The notes below the pieces were generated by a model. It worked only from the letters and a program-made list of their open reading frames with translations. It made no database searches and was not told the origin of the DNA. This document shows, one piece after another, positions 28,226 through 36,939 of a stretch of DNA of 64,000 bases. Source of the DNA: Candidatus Nealsonbacteria bacterium. GTDB taxonomy: Bacteria > Patescibacteriota > Minisyncoccia > Minisyncoccales > RBG-13-36-15. The stretch lies in assembly GCA_011050465.1 (NCBI GenBank), contig DRFQ01000009.1:128334-192333 (forward strand), read 5' to 3'. Position 1 is the first letter of the stretch, and each line of letters opens with the position of its first letter. The translations under genes were made by a program, and so were the position numbers.

Positions 28226-28504
28226 TTATTCTCCAAATCCAGCGCGCTTCATTTTCTCATTAATCGTTCTTTTCTCGCCCGGCAACCGCACCTTCACTAC
28301 TGGACGACCATATGATTTTCCTATCTCCTGAATATAAACCTGCTCTTCCTCTATCATTTCCCTTAATATCTCTTTCGCTTTCTTATAACCTCTTTGACCT
28401 TTTTCTGGCGCATATACTTCAGCAAGGCGATAAAATTGTCCTCTCGGGCCCTGAAAAGTATCTCCATCGCGAACTTTTTTAACGGTGATTTTTTTCATAG
28501 CCAA
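28226..28504 (-). CDS. miniature SNase (thermonuclease)-like protein
   Basis: KVRDGDTF...YRLAEVYAPE resembles the DGDT...RL.GIDTPE core, but the protein is only 92 aa and the catalytic set is incomplete. Confidence 0.4.
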   Translation of the reverse strand: MAMKKITVKKVRDGDTFQGPRGQFYRLAEVYAPEKGQRGYKKAKEILREMIEEEQVYIQEIGKSYGRPVVKVRLPGEKRTINEKMKRAGFGE

Positions 28505-28620
28505 TTATTAACTTTGGTTAATTATATCTTCGACCTTATATTTTATACCAAACAAAAAAAGGGGTCAAACCCTTTCTTAAGTTAAATTTCCCTCGACTTT
28601 GAGCTAAATTTTAGTTATTT

Positions 28621-29001
28621 TTACTCTCGGCTATACCATTCGTCTTCCTCGGATATTTTTGAAGGATAAAAATCGAGTTGTTCTGCCGGAATACTTAATT
28701 TAAACGCACCGAAGGCACGTGCTTCCTGCCAGGTGGATTTGTTATTAGGATCGATATTAAAAACTTTATCTTTAAAAATCACAATTAAATCTTTTCCCTC
28801 ATCATAAATGTGAAAATAATCAGGTCTATCCCCTATCATTGCATTCTGAATTTCTTTTATAGCGTCTTCTACCGGTTCTGTAATTTCAACGATATGCAAA
28901 TGCCAATTCTGCCTTTCTGAGAACTTCGTTCTAAGAATTCTATAATTCTCTAAAATTCTTGGATTTTCTAAGCTTTCCTCAATGATTATAGAGTGATACA
29001 T
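28621..29001 (-). CDS. hypothetical protein (126 aa)
   Basis: GAGGGA SD; sits in an operon with Dam. Confidence 0.5.
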   Translation of the reverse strand: MYHSIIIEESLENPRILENYRILRTKFSERQNWHLHIVEITEPVEDAIKEIQNAMIGDRPDYFHIYDEGKDLIVIFKDKVFNIDPNNKSTWQEARAFGAFKLSIPAEQLDFYPSKISEEDEWYSRE

Positions 29002-29041
29002 AAATTTCCCTCAATTTCGGGCTAAATTTTGATTAAAATAA

Positions 29042-29887
29042 CTATCGAGCTGCAGTTTTCGCTCTTGAGATTGAATCAGAAAAAATCATCAACTCGCGAG
29101 CCTTTCTAATCTTGCAAGAATCATAGACACTATACTTCAAACTAAGGCGTTTTCTCATCCTGTCGGGATAAAATTCTCTGATTTTTTTTACTTCATCGTA
29201 AGTCAATACCCAATTATAGTTAGTATTTGTATTTAATAAATCGGCGAGTTTCTTGTGATCATCCTCTTTATAGTGATTGAGATATAACATTGCACCCTTT
29301 TTAAAATATGGGGGATCTAAGTAAATAAAAGTGTTATTTCTATTTAAATATCTTCTCGTAAGTTGTATTCCATCTTTATTTAATACTGAAATACGGTCTT
29401 GAAATTTCCCAATCTTGCGAACCCGTAAAGCCAGTTTTTTCTTATTGTATCGCATATTTATTTTGTACGGACCGTCTTGATTCTTTCCCCCAATCGGCCC
29501 CGCATTCATTACGCCAGATCTATTAGTTCGATTAAGGAAAAAAGTGGCGAACCCTTTTTCAAAAATATTGGCATTCTTATTTAAATAAATTTGCTTTTGT
29601 TTTTTCCATTCAGTAATAGTCACTGGAGTCGTTATAATTTTCTGCGCAAATCGTTCTGAATTCTGGGTTACTGATTTCCAAAATGCATAAATCGTTTTGT
29701 CTAGATCATTTATGACTATTTGCCTGACCCTATTGTCAAACAACAAAGTTAAGGCTACCCCTGCGCCACCCGCATAAGGTTCGACGTAGGTCGGTTTATC
29801 CAAACCAATGGCAACCAAAATTCTTTTAAGCTCGTCTGCTAAAAATGTTTTACCTCCGGGATATCTTAATGGAGAATAAAATTCCAT
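29042..29887 (-). CDS. Dam-family (D12 class) N6-adenine DNA methyltransferase
   Basis: RYPGGK N-terminal motif and IYLDPPY catalytic motif. Confidence 0.9.
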   Translation of the reverse strand: MEFYSPLRYPGGKTFLADELKRILVAIGLDKPTYVEPYAGGAGVALTLLFDNRVRQIVINDLDKTIYAFWKSVTQNSERFAQKIITTPVTITEWKKQKQIYLNKNANIFEKGFATFFLNRTNRSGVMNAGPIGGKNQDGPYKINMRYNKKKLALRVRKIGKFQDRISVLNKDGIQLTRRYLNRNNTFIYLDPPYFKKGAMLYLNHYKEDDHKKLADLLNTNTNYNWVLTYDEVKKIREFYPDRMRKRLSLKYSVYDSCKIRKARELMIFSDSISRAKTAAR

Positions 29888-29894
29888 ATATAAA

Positions 29895-31331
29895 TCACCC
29901 TCTATTAATAATAAGAGATACTTTGATGTTCTTCAGTCTATCGTGGGTAAATGCTCTTTCTAGGGTAGAGTGTTTTTTAATCTTTTTTTCAGGATCATAG
30001 ATAAAGAAATAGATTCTTTTACAATCCGGACGTCTACTGTACTTAACTAAATCATCGTTCAATTCTTTCTCGATATTTTTTCTTATGCTTTTGTCGCCAC
30101 CTTTTCTTTTAAGAGTTGTTTTTACTTCAATAATAGTGCCGTTATCAAGAAGCAAGAAATCGCCTCTTGATGGCGAAGCTCCGTCTGAAGGATTCCATAC
30201 TTCATTCTCTACATCATCAAAAAACATAGTTAAAAGTGCGTGTAATAAATCTTGTACGTCATATTCATCGCCCATATTCAATGTTTCTCTATTCTTATAT
30301 CTATCTTTCAATTGTTCAGCAACAGCATCAAAATGGATTAAAACATGATCGACTATCTCTACCGCCTCTTGGAGTGGATACTTAACTGAGTTCCGTCGTC
30401 TTCTCAGTTTTAGACTTGGAATATTAGGACTTCTTCTTTTGCTTTTCTTTTTTTTCCGTAGCTTCGTTTTAGGAAACTTGATAGGATCTATTTTAGAAAA
30501 TACATTATCTAATAAATAATCTTTTGTAGCTTGTGCGGGTATCTTTTTCTCTCCAACAATATATGGGAGTAATTTCTTCAGATTACTTTCAGCATTTTTT
30601 CTATTTTTAAAGATGATATTCCCTTTATCGTCGATTAAATAATCAATTAGTTTTTTACCGTTTGCGCTTATAATTAACCTTTCAATTGTATTAAATCCTG
30701 TTTTGAGTAACTCCTCTTCTTTTTTTGCGCCCTCAACCTGGTCTAAAATGTATTCGTAGAAATATAATTTGCCTAACTCGTCTTTAAACTTTGCAGTAGT
30801 AGTCCCATATTCCTTAGAGGCGGAATCAACAGTATATTCACCCCCGTCTATCAAATTTCTGTACATTCTTAATCTCTGTAGAACTTGCCACGGTTTTAAG
30901 AGTTGGTTTACGTGAATATCCCAAATTTCCTTTTCTGCTTCTTTACGCGAGGGCGCAATAGTAATCTTTACACTTTTAAGTTGTCTTTTATTAAGAATCT
31001 TACCTAAACCTTCTAATTCCTTTTTGTTCCGTGCACCAGGGGCGAGTTTAGGATTTAATAGCAACTGACAAGCAGCTAATCTCCTATTTCCATCTAATAC
31101 AATTGATTCCCCATTTTCTTCACAAATAATAGCCACAGCGCTCCTGTGGTAACCATTATTAGCAATACTTCTAGCTATCATCATTACACCTTCTTTTTCT
31201 AAAAGATAATTACGTACTTGATTGACATCTTTTAATTCTTTTACGTGTTTTGGCACCCGAGGATTTTGCAAATCCAAGCTTAGTTCACTTATAGATACTT
31301 TTTTATCACGCCATTGTTTTTTTGCATCCAT
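29895..31331 (-). CDS. ParB/Srx-like N-terminal domain fused to a C-terminal PD-(D/E)xK-like nuclease domain
   Basis: IVLDGNRRLAA (ParB-N). C-terminus has DEYDVQD...RGDFLLLDNGTIIEVK (D...ExK). Confidence 0.65.
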   Translation of the reverse strand: MDAKKQWRDKKVSISELSLDLQNPRVPKHVKELKDVNQVRNYLLEKEGVMMIARSIANNGYHRSAVAIICEENGESIVLDGNRRLAACQLLLNPKLAPGARNKKELEGLGKILNKRQLKSVKITIAPSRKEAEKEIWDIHVNQLLKPWQVLQRLRMYRNLIDGGEYTVDSASKEYGTTTAKFKDELGKLYFYEYILDQVEGAKKEEELLKTGFNTIERLIISANGKKLIDYLIDDKGNIIFKNRKNAESNLKKLLPYIVGEKKIPAQATKDYLLDNVFSKIDPIKFPKTKLRKKKKSKRRSPNIPSLKLRRRRNSVKYPLQEAVEIVDHVLIHFDAVAEQLKDRYKNRETLNMGDEYDVQDLLHALLTMFFDDVENEVWNPSDGASPSRGDFLLLDNGTIIEVKTTLKRKGGDKSIRKNIEKELNDDLVKYSRRPDCKRIYFFIYDPEKKIKKHSTLERAFTHDRLKNIKVSLIINRG

Positions 31332-31359
31332 ATAATTATATTTTAATTTTATCTATCAA

Positions 31360-31530
31360 TTAACTCTTCAAGTTTTTACGATTCATGTGATAACGCATTT
31401 GTTCTCTGGTTCTCATGGTTTTTTCATCGGCAATATCAACCTTACCACATTTTGGGCATTTTTCCTTACAAACAGGACAATAAAACTCTCCGCACTTCTT
31501 ACATTTTATTTGCATAAATTGATGTGGCAT
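31360..31530 (-). CDS. 56-aa zinc-ribbon protein (below the track cutoff)
   Basis: MPHQFMQIKCKKCGEFYCPVCKEKCPKCGKVD... has three CxxC pairs. It lies 28 nt upstream of the ParB-fusion gene. No clear SD. Confidence 0.4.
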   Translation of the reverse strand: MPHQFMQIKCKKCGEFYCPVCKEKCPKCGKVDIADEKTMRTREQMRYHMNRKNLKS

Positions 31531-31592
31531 ATTGAGCTGAATTTGTCGCTTTTTGTGCCTTGCGCGACGTTTTTAGGCTAAATTTTAGTTAT

Positions 31593-31883
31593 TTATACAC
31601 TCAAACCAGCTTCTTTTCTAAAGGCTGGACGACTACATGCTAAAGAAGGGCTATATTTATAGGCCTTCAGGTGATGTTCAATGACTTCTTCTTTATTTTT
31701 TTCAAACCCGCCATATCCCAATAGCTTTTTAACAGCCAATTCTTCTAAAGATGAAGCAATTTTCCTTTGTATGGTCCAATTTACATTGTATTTTTTCCAA
31801 AGACTGACATCCTTCCATTTAAAAAATTCAAATTCTTCTTTTGTAAGCCGCGGGAATTTGTAGTTATACTTAGCAATTTTCAT
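31593..31883 (-). CDS. hypothetical protein (96 aa)
   Basis: 14-nt gap after the upstream gene. Confidence 0.5.
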   Translation of the reverse strand: MKIAKYNYKFPRLTKEEFEFFKWKDVSLWKKYNVNWTIQRKIASSLEELAVKKLLGYGGFEKNKEEVIEHHLKAYKYSPSLACSRPAFRKEAGLSV

Positions 31884-31897
31884 AAATTTGAGTTATT

Positions 31898-32842
31898 TTA
31901 GCCTAAACGTCGAATATACTCTTTGAAAGCTCTCTCTAAACGAATCATTGCATCAATCATTTTGTCTTGTAATTTCTCCCAATTTTCTTTATCGTTCAAT
32001 CCTTTCCCCTTAAATTTAATAGAAATTCGGGACGCACGAGCATTATCTAATCTTTCCCAATTTAGTCTTCCCTTAAACTTTTTTTCAATTTGATTCTTAT
32101 GTTTATATAATTTATCGAAACGAATTTTATTAATATTTGGCTTTATATAATCCTTACCTTTATCAAAATATATTTCACAACCACCGTATTTTTTTGTTAT
32201 TACGTAGCTGTAAATTATCCCTTGTTTGCCAGCACCGGTCCCAATCCAAGAATAAATACCGGGAGTAATATTTGAATGTAAAGATGTCTTTCCTTTAGCT
32301 TTTTCTAAAAGTGCTGTCCAAAATTCTTTTCTTAAAATGTGTCTTTTAGCATATTCCTTTTTCTTTTTACCAATAGTCTCAGACCCTTCTGATGGCCCGG
32401 CGATAATGGAAAATTTGGCAGCCGGATTGGAATTTCCTATTTTGTATGCTTCTATTTGTACTAAATAAAAAGCTGTCTCTGGGCCAAATTCATTCAACCA
32501 GTCAATTGCTCTTTCGTGCTCCTGCCTAGGGTTACTTGATATCCAGATAGCAATTTTTGCATCTAAATTTGCTAGATAAGTTAAAATTTTACCCAAATGT
32601 TCATGGTTTGTTTTCTCTAATTGATTTTCTATAACTACTTTCTGTCCGTTTTCGTCTTCTGCAATGATATCCACAGAAAAAGAACCCGCGTCACCTTCTC
32701 TGTCAATGGCTGTTAAATCCATATCTAATTCTTCTCCCAAAATTTCAATGTTATCGAAAAGCCAAGAGGTGAAATCTCTAGCTTCATTCTTCCAAACTTC
32801 CCTTAAAGGAACTTTTTTTATTCTTTCTATATGCTTTTTCAT
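31898..32842 (-). CDS. DUF4268-type protein with an N-terminal PD-(D/E)xK-like module
   Basis: FSVDIIAEDENGQKVVIENQLEKTNHEHLGKILTY pattern. Confidence 0.65.
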   Translation of the reverse strand: MKKHIERIKKVPLREVWKNEARDFTSWLFDNIEILGEELDMDLTAIDREGDAGSFSVDIIAEDENGQKVVIENQLEKTNHEHLGKILTYLANLDAKIAIWISSNPRQEHERAIDWLNEFGPETAFYLVQIEAYKIGNSNPAAKFSIIAGPSEGSETIGKKKKEYAKRHILRKEFWTALLEKAKGKTSLHSNITPGIYSWIGTGAGKQGIIYSYVITKKYGGCEIYFDKGKDYIKPNINKIRFDKLYKHKNQIEKKFKGRLNWERLDNARASRISIKFKGKGLNDKENWEKLQDKMIDAMIRLERAFKEYIRRLG

Positions 32843-32878
32843 GATTTTATTTCTAAATTAATTCTTCGATTTTTTCTT

Positions 32879-33736
32879 CTAAGCCGGGCAGTAATTTGAA
32901 AGCACTTTCTTATAACTATTCGTGTAGTTTTCGCTCTTTCTGAAATATTTTCTATCAACTGTCCCTTCTTTTATGTGATATTCTATCCCTTTCTCCTCGC
33001 AGAATTTTATAACTCTGTAGGCGCAATCATTGTAGAATGTTTTGTAACTATCAAAATAAGTAGTCAAGGCATTATAATTCCATCTACCGAAAACTATTTT
33101 ATCGACAAAAGCTATTTTTTCCAATATTTTGGTTAGATCCTGTTCAATAAGGTTAGGCGTAGGATAAGGTTCCATACTTACCCAAGTTTTCAAACCTTTA
33201 TTATGTAAGAACTTAAGGGTTTTTACTCTTTTTTCTATCGACACAGCGAATGGCTCTTTACTTCTTCTGAATTTTTCAGACAAAGTGATTATAGTCGAAC
33301 CGTATTCATTATCCCTGCCGTAAATATTTTTTTTAGTCAAAATTTTAGGATATATACCTTTACTTATAGTTACCACTTTTATATTGTCTTCATTCAATCT
33401 TTTGATAATTTCTAAGCTAAGATCTACTACTTCTTTTTGTTTATACATAAAAGGGTCTGTCGAAAAACACAAGTAGACATATTTTATATCTTTTTTATAT
33501 TTCGGAATTTCTAGATCTAATAATTCTAAGGCGTTGCTAACAATTTTAGGTCTTATCCATTCTTTGTAATTTTTAATGATCCCACACCTTTTTTTCATCA
33601 GCATTGCATAGCAAGGATAAGTACACCCATGAGAACATCCCTCAACGTGATTAATGCAATAATCAGCGTATTCTACCCCGCTTTTATATAAAAGAGATTT
33701 TCTAATGATTCTCTGCATACTATTATTATATATCAA
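32879..33736 (-). CDS. radical-SAM-like protein with a non-canonical Cx3Cx3C motif
   Basis: INHVEGCSHGCTYPCYAM, versus the canonical Cx3Cx2C in the paralog 22932..23717. Overlaps the upstream gene by 11 nt. Confidence 0.65.
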   Translation of the reverse strand: MIYNNSMQRIIRKSLLYKSGVEYADYCINHVEGCSHGCTYPCYAMLMKKRCGIIKNYKEWIRPKIVSNALELLDLEIPKYKKDIKYVYLCFSTDPFMYKQKEVVDLSLEIIKRLNEDNIKVVTISKGIYPKILTKKNIYGRDNEYGSTIITLSEKFRRSKEPFAVSIEKRVKTLKFLHNKGLKTWVSMEPYPTPNLIEQDLTKILEKIAFVDKIVFGRWNYNALTTYFDSYKTFYNDCAYRVIKFCEEKGIEYHIKEGTVDRKYFRKSENYTNSYKKVLSNYCPA

Positions 33737-34616
33737 AAAGAGCCTTCTGTGGATTTCTCGCCCTGAAGACTTTGGTTTTTTTCTCCCAGAATTCGATCCC
33801 CCTTTCGTGTTTACTGAATAAAATTAAATAATATAAGGAGGTGTTTTTAATATTTTTAAATATGACCAGTGACGGACTCGAGAAATAACCCAAACCTTTT
33901 ATCATATCGATATAATTCTTACATAAATTTCTGATATTTATTTCTTTACTATTTCCCCAGGTTTTTTTATTAGCAATGTCTTTCCATCCAGGATGGAACT
34001 TATCTAATTTCTTAGAATTTAATTTTCTAATTAAGGCAGCAGAAACCGCTCTTTCAACAGAAGCTATTGGGTAATTCACTATTAAGTCTATCTTCCTTTT
34101 TGCTAATTGTTTGTAAGAACTGAAATGAAATTGCAAACTGTCGGGATCTATAACGGCTAAACTTAAAGAATTATCAGAAATAGATTTTTTTATAATGTTT
34201 CCTATAGCCAAATTACAGTCTTCGTTATAATATTCTACACTGTTTTTTTCTTTTGCTCTTTGTTTTAAGCTGTTTATACAGACTGGATTTTTGTCTATTA
34301 AAAAATATTTTGTAAATTTATTCTTTAAATTTATTGCCTCTAGGCAGGTTCCATCTATTTCTTTTAATCCCTCTCTAATAATACACTTTCCTGGGCCCGA
34401 AAATAAATCTATATAATAAAGTTTTGGCCATTTCTTTTTCATCGCCCCCGAAAAAATATCAATGAAATATTTCAAATGTTCAATTTTATCCTTTGACCAA
34501 TAACCGGAACAACGCAAAGCCAACCCGTCATTTTTAGATTTATATTTTTGACATATTCCATCGTTATTATTTACGCAATTACCGTTTTTATAAAACTTAC
34601 ATTTTTTCATAATCAA
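33726..34616 (-). CDS. TcmP-like (three-Cys-motif partner protein) candidate
   Basis: YWSKDKIEHLKYFIDIF...KLYYIDLFSGPGKC fits the remembered W.x.K...L..Y...Y(I/V)D.F(A/S)G.G pattern. Has an extra Cys-rich N-terminus. Confidence 0.55.
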   Translation of the reverse strand: MIMKKCKFYKNGNCVNNNDGICQKYKSKNDGLALRCSGYWSKDKIEHLKYFIDIFSGAMKKKWPKLYYIDLFSGPGKCIIREGLKEIDGTCLEAINLKNKFTKYFLIDKNPVCINSLKQRAKEKNSVEYYNEDCNLAIGNIIKKSISDNSLSLAVIDPDSLQFHFSSYKQLAKRKIDLIVNYPIASVERAVSAALIRKLNSKKLDKFHPGWKDIANKKTWGNSKEINIRNLCKNYIDMIKGLGYFSSPSLVIFKNIKNTSLYYLILFSKHERGIEFWEKKTKVFRARNPQKALFDI

Positions 34617-34688
34617 AAAACCGTCCTAATGAGTGACCTCTACTCTGTTCAATTTTCTGTAATTTAATTTTCTTCATTTTCCATAATT

Positions 34689-35777
34689 TTATTTTCCAGA
34701 TTTAGTTCGATTGTCTTGTTTACACAACATCTGGCAATTCTCTGAAATAGTTTTTCCACCTTCATGCCAAGGCTTTATGTGGTCAGCTTCCATTTCTTCT
34801 ATTTCGAAATACTTCTTGCATTTTGTGCAGACACCTTTTTGTCTCTCATACGCCTCTCGTTTCATTTTGTCAGTAAACGCGCGTATTGAGAGATATTTTT
34901 CTTGTCTAGTCAATACATAAGGGTAAATGCCTGGTTTTTTCGTTACGTCTTCATCTTGCATTAATTCAGCAATCTCGGTTTCTAGTTTATCGACACTTAG
35001 TTTTTTGTCTTTGAATTGATTGTATGGTTCACCCCATTGCACGCTCTTCATCTCTCTGCGATAATTCGTGAAAGTCTTCCTCACCCACGCTATTACATTT
35101 TGGAAATAGTCCCACAGCTCGTCGGCATTCATGTATTGTTGGTGTTTGGCCATGTAATCTTCAATTTTTCCATAGTTGATCCACGAAAGAACAGTTTCCA
35201 AATATTCTTGTCGGATTGGTTTACCGCTGACTAATTGCCCACCGTCATTTGCCAGCAGATACGCAGCGCAGTTTGTTTTGCTAAATTTTAATTTAGCGTC
35301 GGAGAGCCATGGTCCAGTGTAAACTGCATTCCTCAGTTCTTGGTCGGTCAGTTTTTCACCGGCGATATTGATAATTCTAAACCAATCAAGGCGTTCTTTG
35401 TCTGTGCCCTCGCAGATGTAAATCATGAGCTTATAATCCAAAATCTGTTTTTTTTCTTCGCCAGTTAAGTTGTGGAAATAGAGATTATCCAGTGAAAAAT
35501 CTCCGTTCACATATTGCCCAATGCTAATGGTGCGCTGTTGACCATCAAGCATCTCAAAACAATTTTTGTTTTTCAACCAATACATTACATTGAGTGGAAA
35601 ATTCTTGCGTATGGATTCGATAACTTCTTTGCGTTGTTTATCGTTATAGATAAATTCACGTTGATATTTTGGGCGAATATCGAGTTTATCACCATAAGCC
35701 ACAACACCTTCTTCGGCACTGTCTTTGTAGTCCTCGATCACTTCGCGTATTGAAATTTGGTGTAGTTTAATTTTCAT
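34689..35777 (-). CDS. DUF262 (GmrSD N-terminal, ParB-like) domain fused to an HNH endonuclease
   Basis: IRPKYQREF and LDGQQRT (DUF262). C-terminal CTKCKK...ADHIKPWHEGGKT...NCQMLCKQDNRTK (HNH). Confidence 0.85.
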   Translation of the reverse strand: MKIKLHQISIREVIEDYKDSAEEGVVAYGDKLDIRPKYQREFIYNDKQRKEVIESIRKNFPLNVMYWLKNKNCFEMLDGQQRTISIGQYVNGDFSLDNLYFHNLTGEEKKQILDYKLMIYICEGTDKERLDWFRIINIAGEKLTDQELRNAVYTGPWLSDAKLKFSKTNCAAYLLANDGGQLVSGKPIRQEYLETVLSWINYGKIEDYMAKHQQYMNADELWDYFQNVIAWVRKTFTNYRREMKSVQWGEPYNQFKDKKLSVDKLETEIAELMQDEDVTKKPGIYPYVLTRQEKYLSIRAFTDKMKREAYERQKGVCTKCKKYFEIEEMEADHIKPWHEGGKTISENCQMLCKQDNRTKSGK

Positions 35778-35786
35778 ACTAATTCT

Positions 35787-36830
35787 TTATTTTTTATTTT
35801 TAATTAAAATGCGCGCGTAGATTTCTTTGCCGTCTATCGTAAACCTTTTTCCGTAATTTGGATTGTCTTCGACATACCTGTCTATGCCGATAATCTCAAA
35901 CTGCTTGGGATTATATTTATCAACAAATGTAATTGGAACACCCATTACACCTTTGTAGTCCATTGGAATATCAACATACCGATTTATATTGATAGCATCA
36001 TAGTCGTCATACTTGGGATATTCTTCTGAGCTGTACTTTTTATACAAAGTAAGTTCTTCGTGACGTTTTGTTGTATCAAGATTTGTAAACCACGCGATAT
36101 TGCCCATGCTAAAATATTTCACACCATCTTCAATTTTTATTCTCGACTCAGTTTGTATGTCATAGTTCTCGGGAACTTGAAACCACTTTGTGCCGCCATT
36201 GTCATATCCAAGCCATAACCTATTTTCTTTAATTAGTTTGAAAATTTCTTTGTACGTAATGGCGTTTTGATTACCAAGGATCAAAAACTTTCTGTTGTAT
36301 TCCATAAGTTGCTCAACGTATTCACGAAATAGTGAAAACGGGGGGTTTGTTACCACTATATCAGCTCGTTTGAGCAGTTCTGTGCACTCATCGCTTCGAA
36401 AATCACCTTCTCTATTTAAGGGGGTTGCGGTGTTTTTGTCGTGCTTTAGTAAATACTTTACATCGTCGAGGTTTACCGCACCATCGCCGTCGATATCCGA
36501 CACTTCTTTGATTTCGATTTTGAACGGCTCCTTGCCCGTCGGCTTTAGTCCTTCCACCTCAAACAGTGGCAATTGCCCGCCGGCAATCGGCGATTTAACA
36601 TAACTCGTAGTGATGAGTTTTGTTAACCCCAGCGCGTTGAAATTAGCAGCAAAATACTTAAAGAAGTTGCTCTCGAACGGATCATCGCAGTTACAGTACA
36701 CAACTTTACCACGGAATTGGTCCTTGTAGTGCTTCGCCTCTTTTTCAATATCAGAAAGCTGCGTATAAAACTCGTCTTTCTTTGCTTTGTTTGCTCTAAG
36801 GAAAGATGTATTTAAAGATTTAGTTTTCAT
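35787..36830 (-). CDS. EcoRI-methylase-like N6-adenine DNA methyltransferase
   Basis: DEFYTQLSDIEKE...YCNCDDPFESNFFKYF and DIVVTNPPFSLFREY. Confidence 0.8.
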   Translation of the reverse strand: MKTKSLNTSFLRANKAKKDEFYTQLSDIEKEAKHYKDQFRGKVVYCNCDDPFESNFFKYFAANFNALGLTKLITTSYVKSPIAGGQLPLFEVEGLKPTGKEPFKIEIKEVSDIDGDGAVNLDDVKYLLKHDKNTATPLNREGDFRSDECTELLKRADIVVTNPPFSLFREYVEQLMEYNRKFLILGNQNAITYKEIFKLIKENRLWLGYDNGGTKWFQVPENYDIQTESRIKIEDGVKYFSMGNIAWFTNLDTTKRHEELTLYKKYSSEEYPKYDDYDAININRYVDIPMDYKGVMGVPITFVDKYNPKQFEIIGIDRYVEDNPNYGKRFTIDGKEIYARILIKNKK

Positions 36831-36905
36831 AAGGTTATTTTAATTAATCTACCTTAATTTTGCCACTTTTGGATTATTTTGTCTATTTATCAAAGATCTA
36901 AATAC

Positions 36906-36935
36906 TCGACATTTGTCGACATTTGTCGACATTTT
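36906..36935. repeat. three 10-bp-phased TGTCGACA palindromes (iteron/operator-like)
   Basis: TCGACATTTGTCGACATTTGTCGACATTTT, 76-105 bp upstream of the methylase ATG. Confidence 0.8.
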
Positions 36936-36939
36936 CTTG

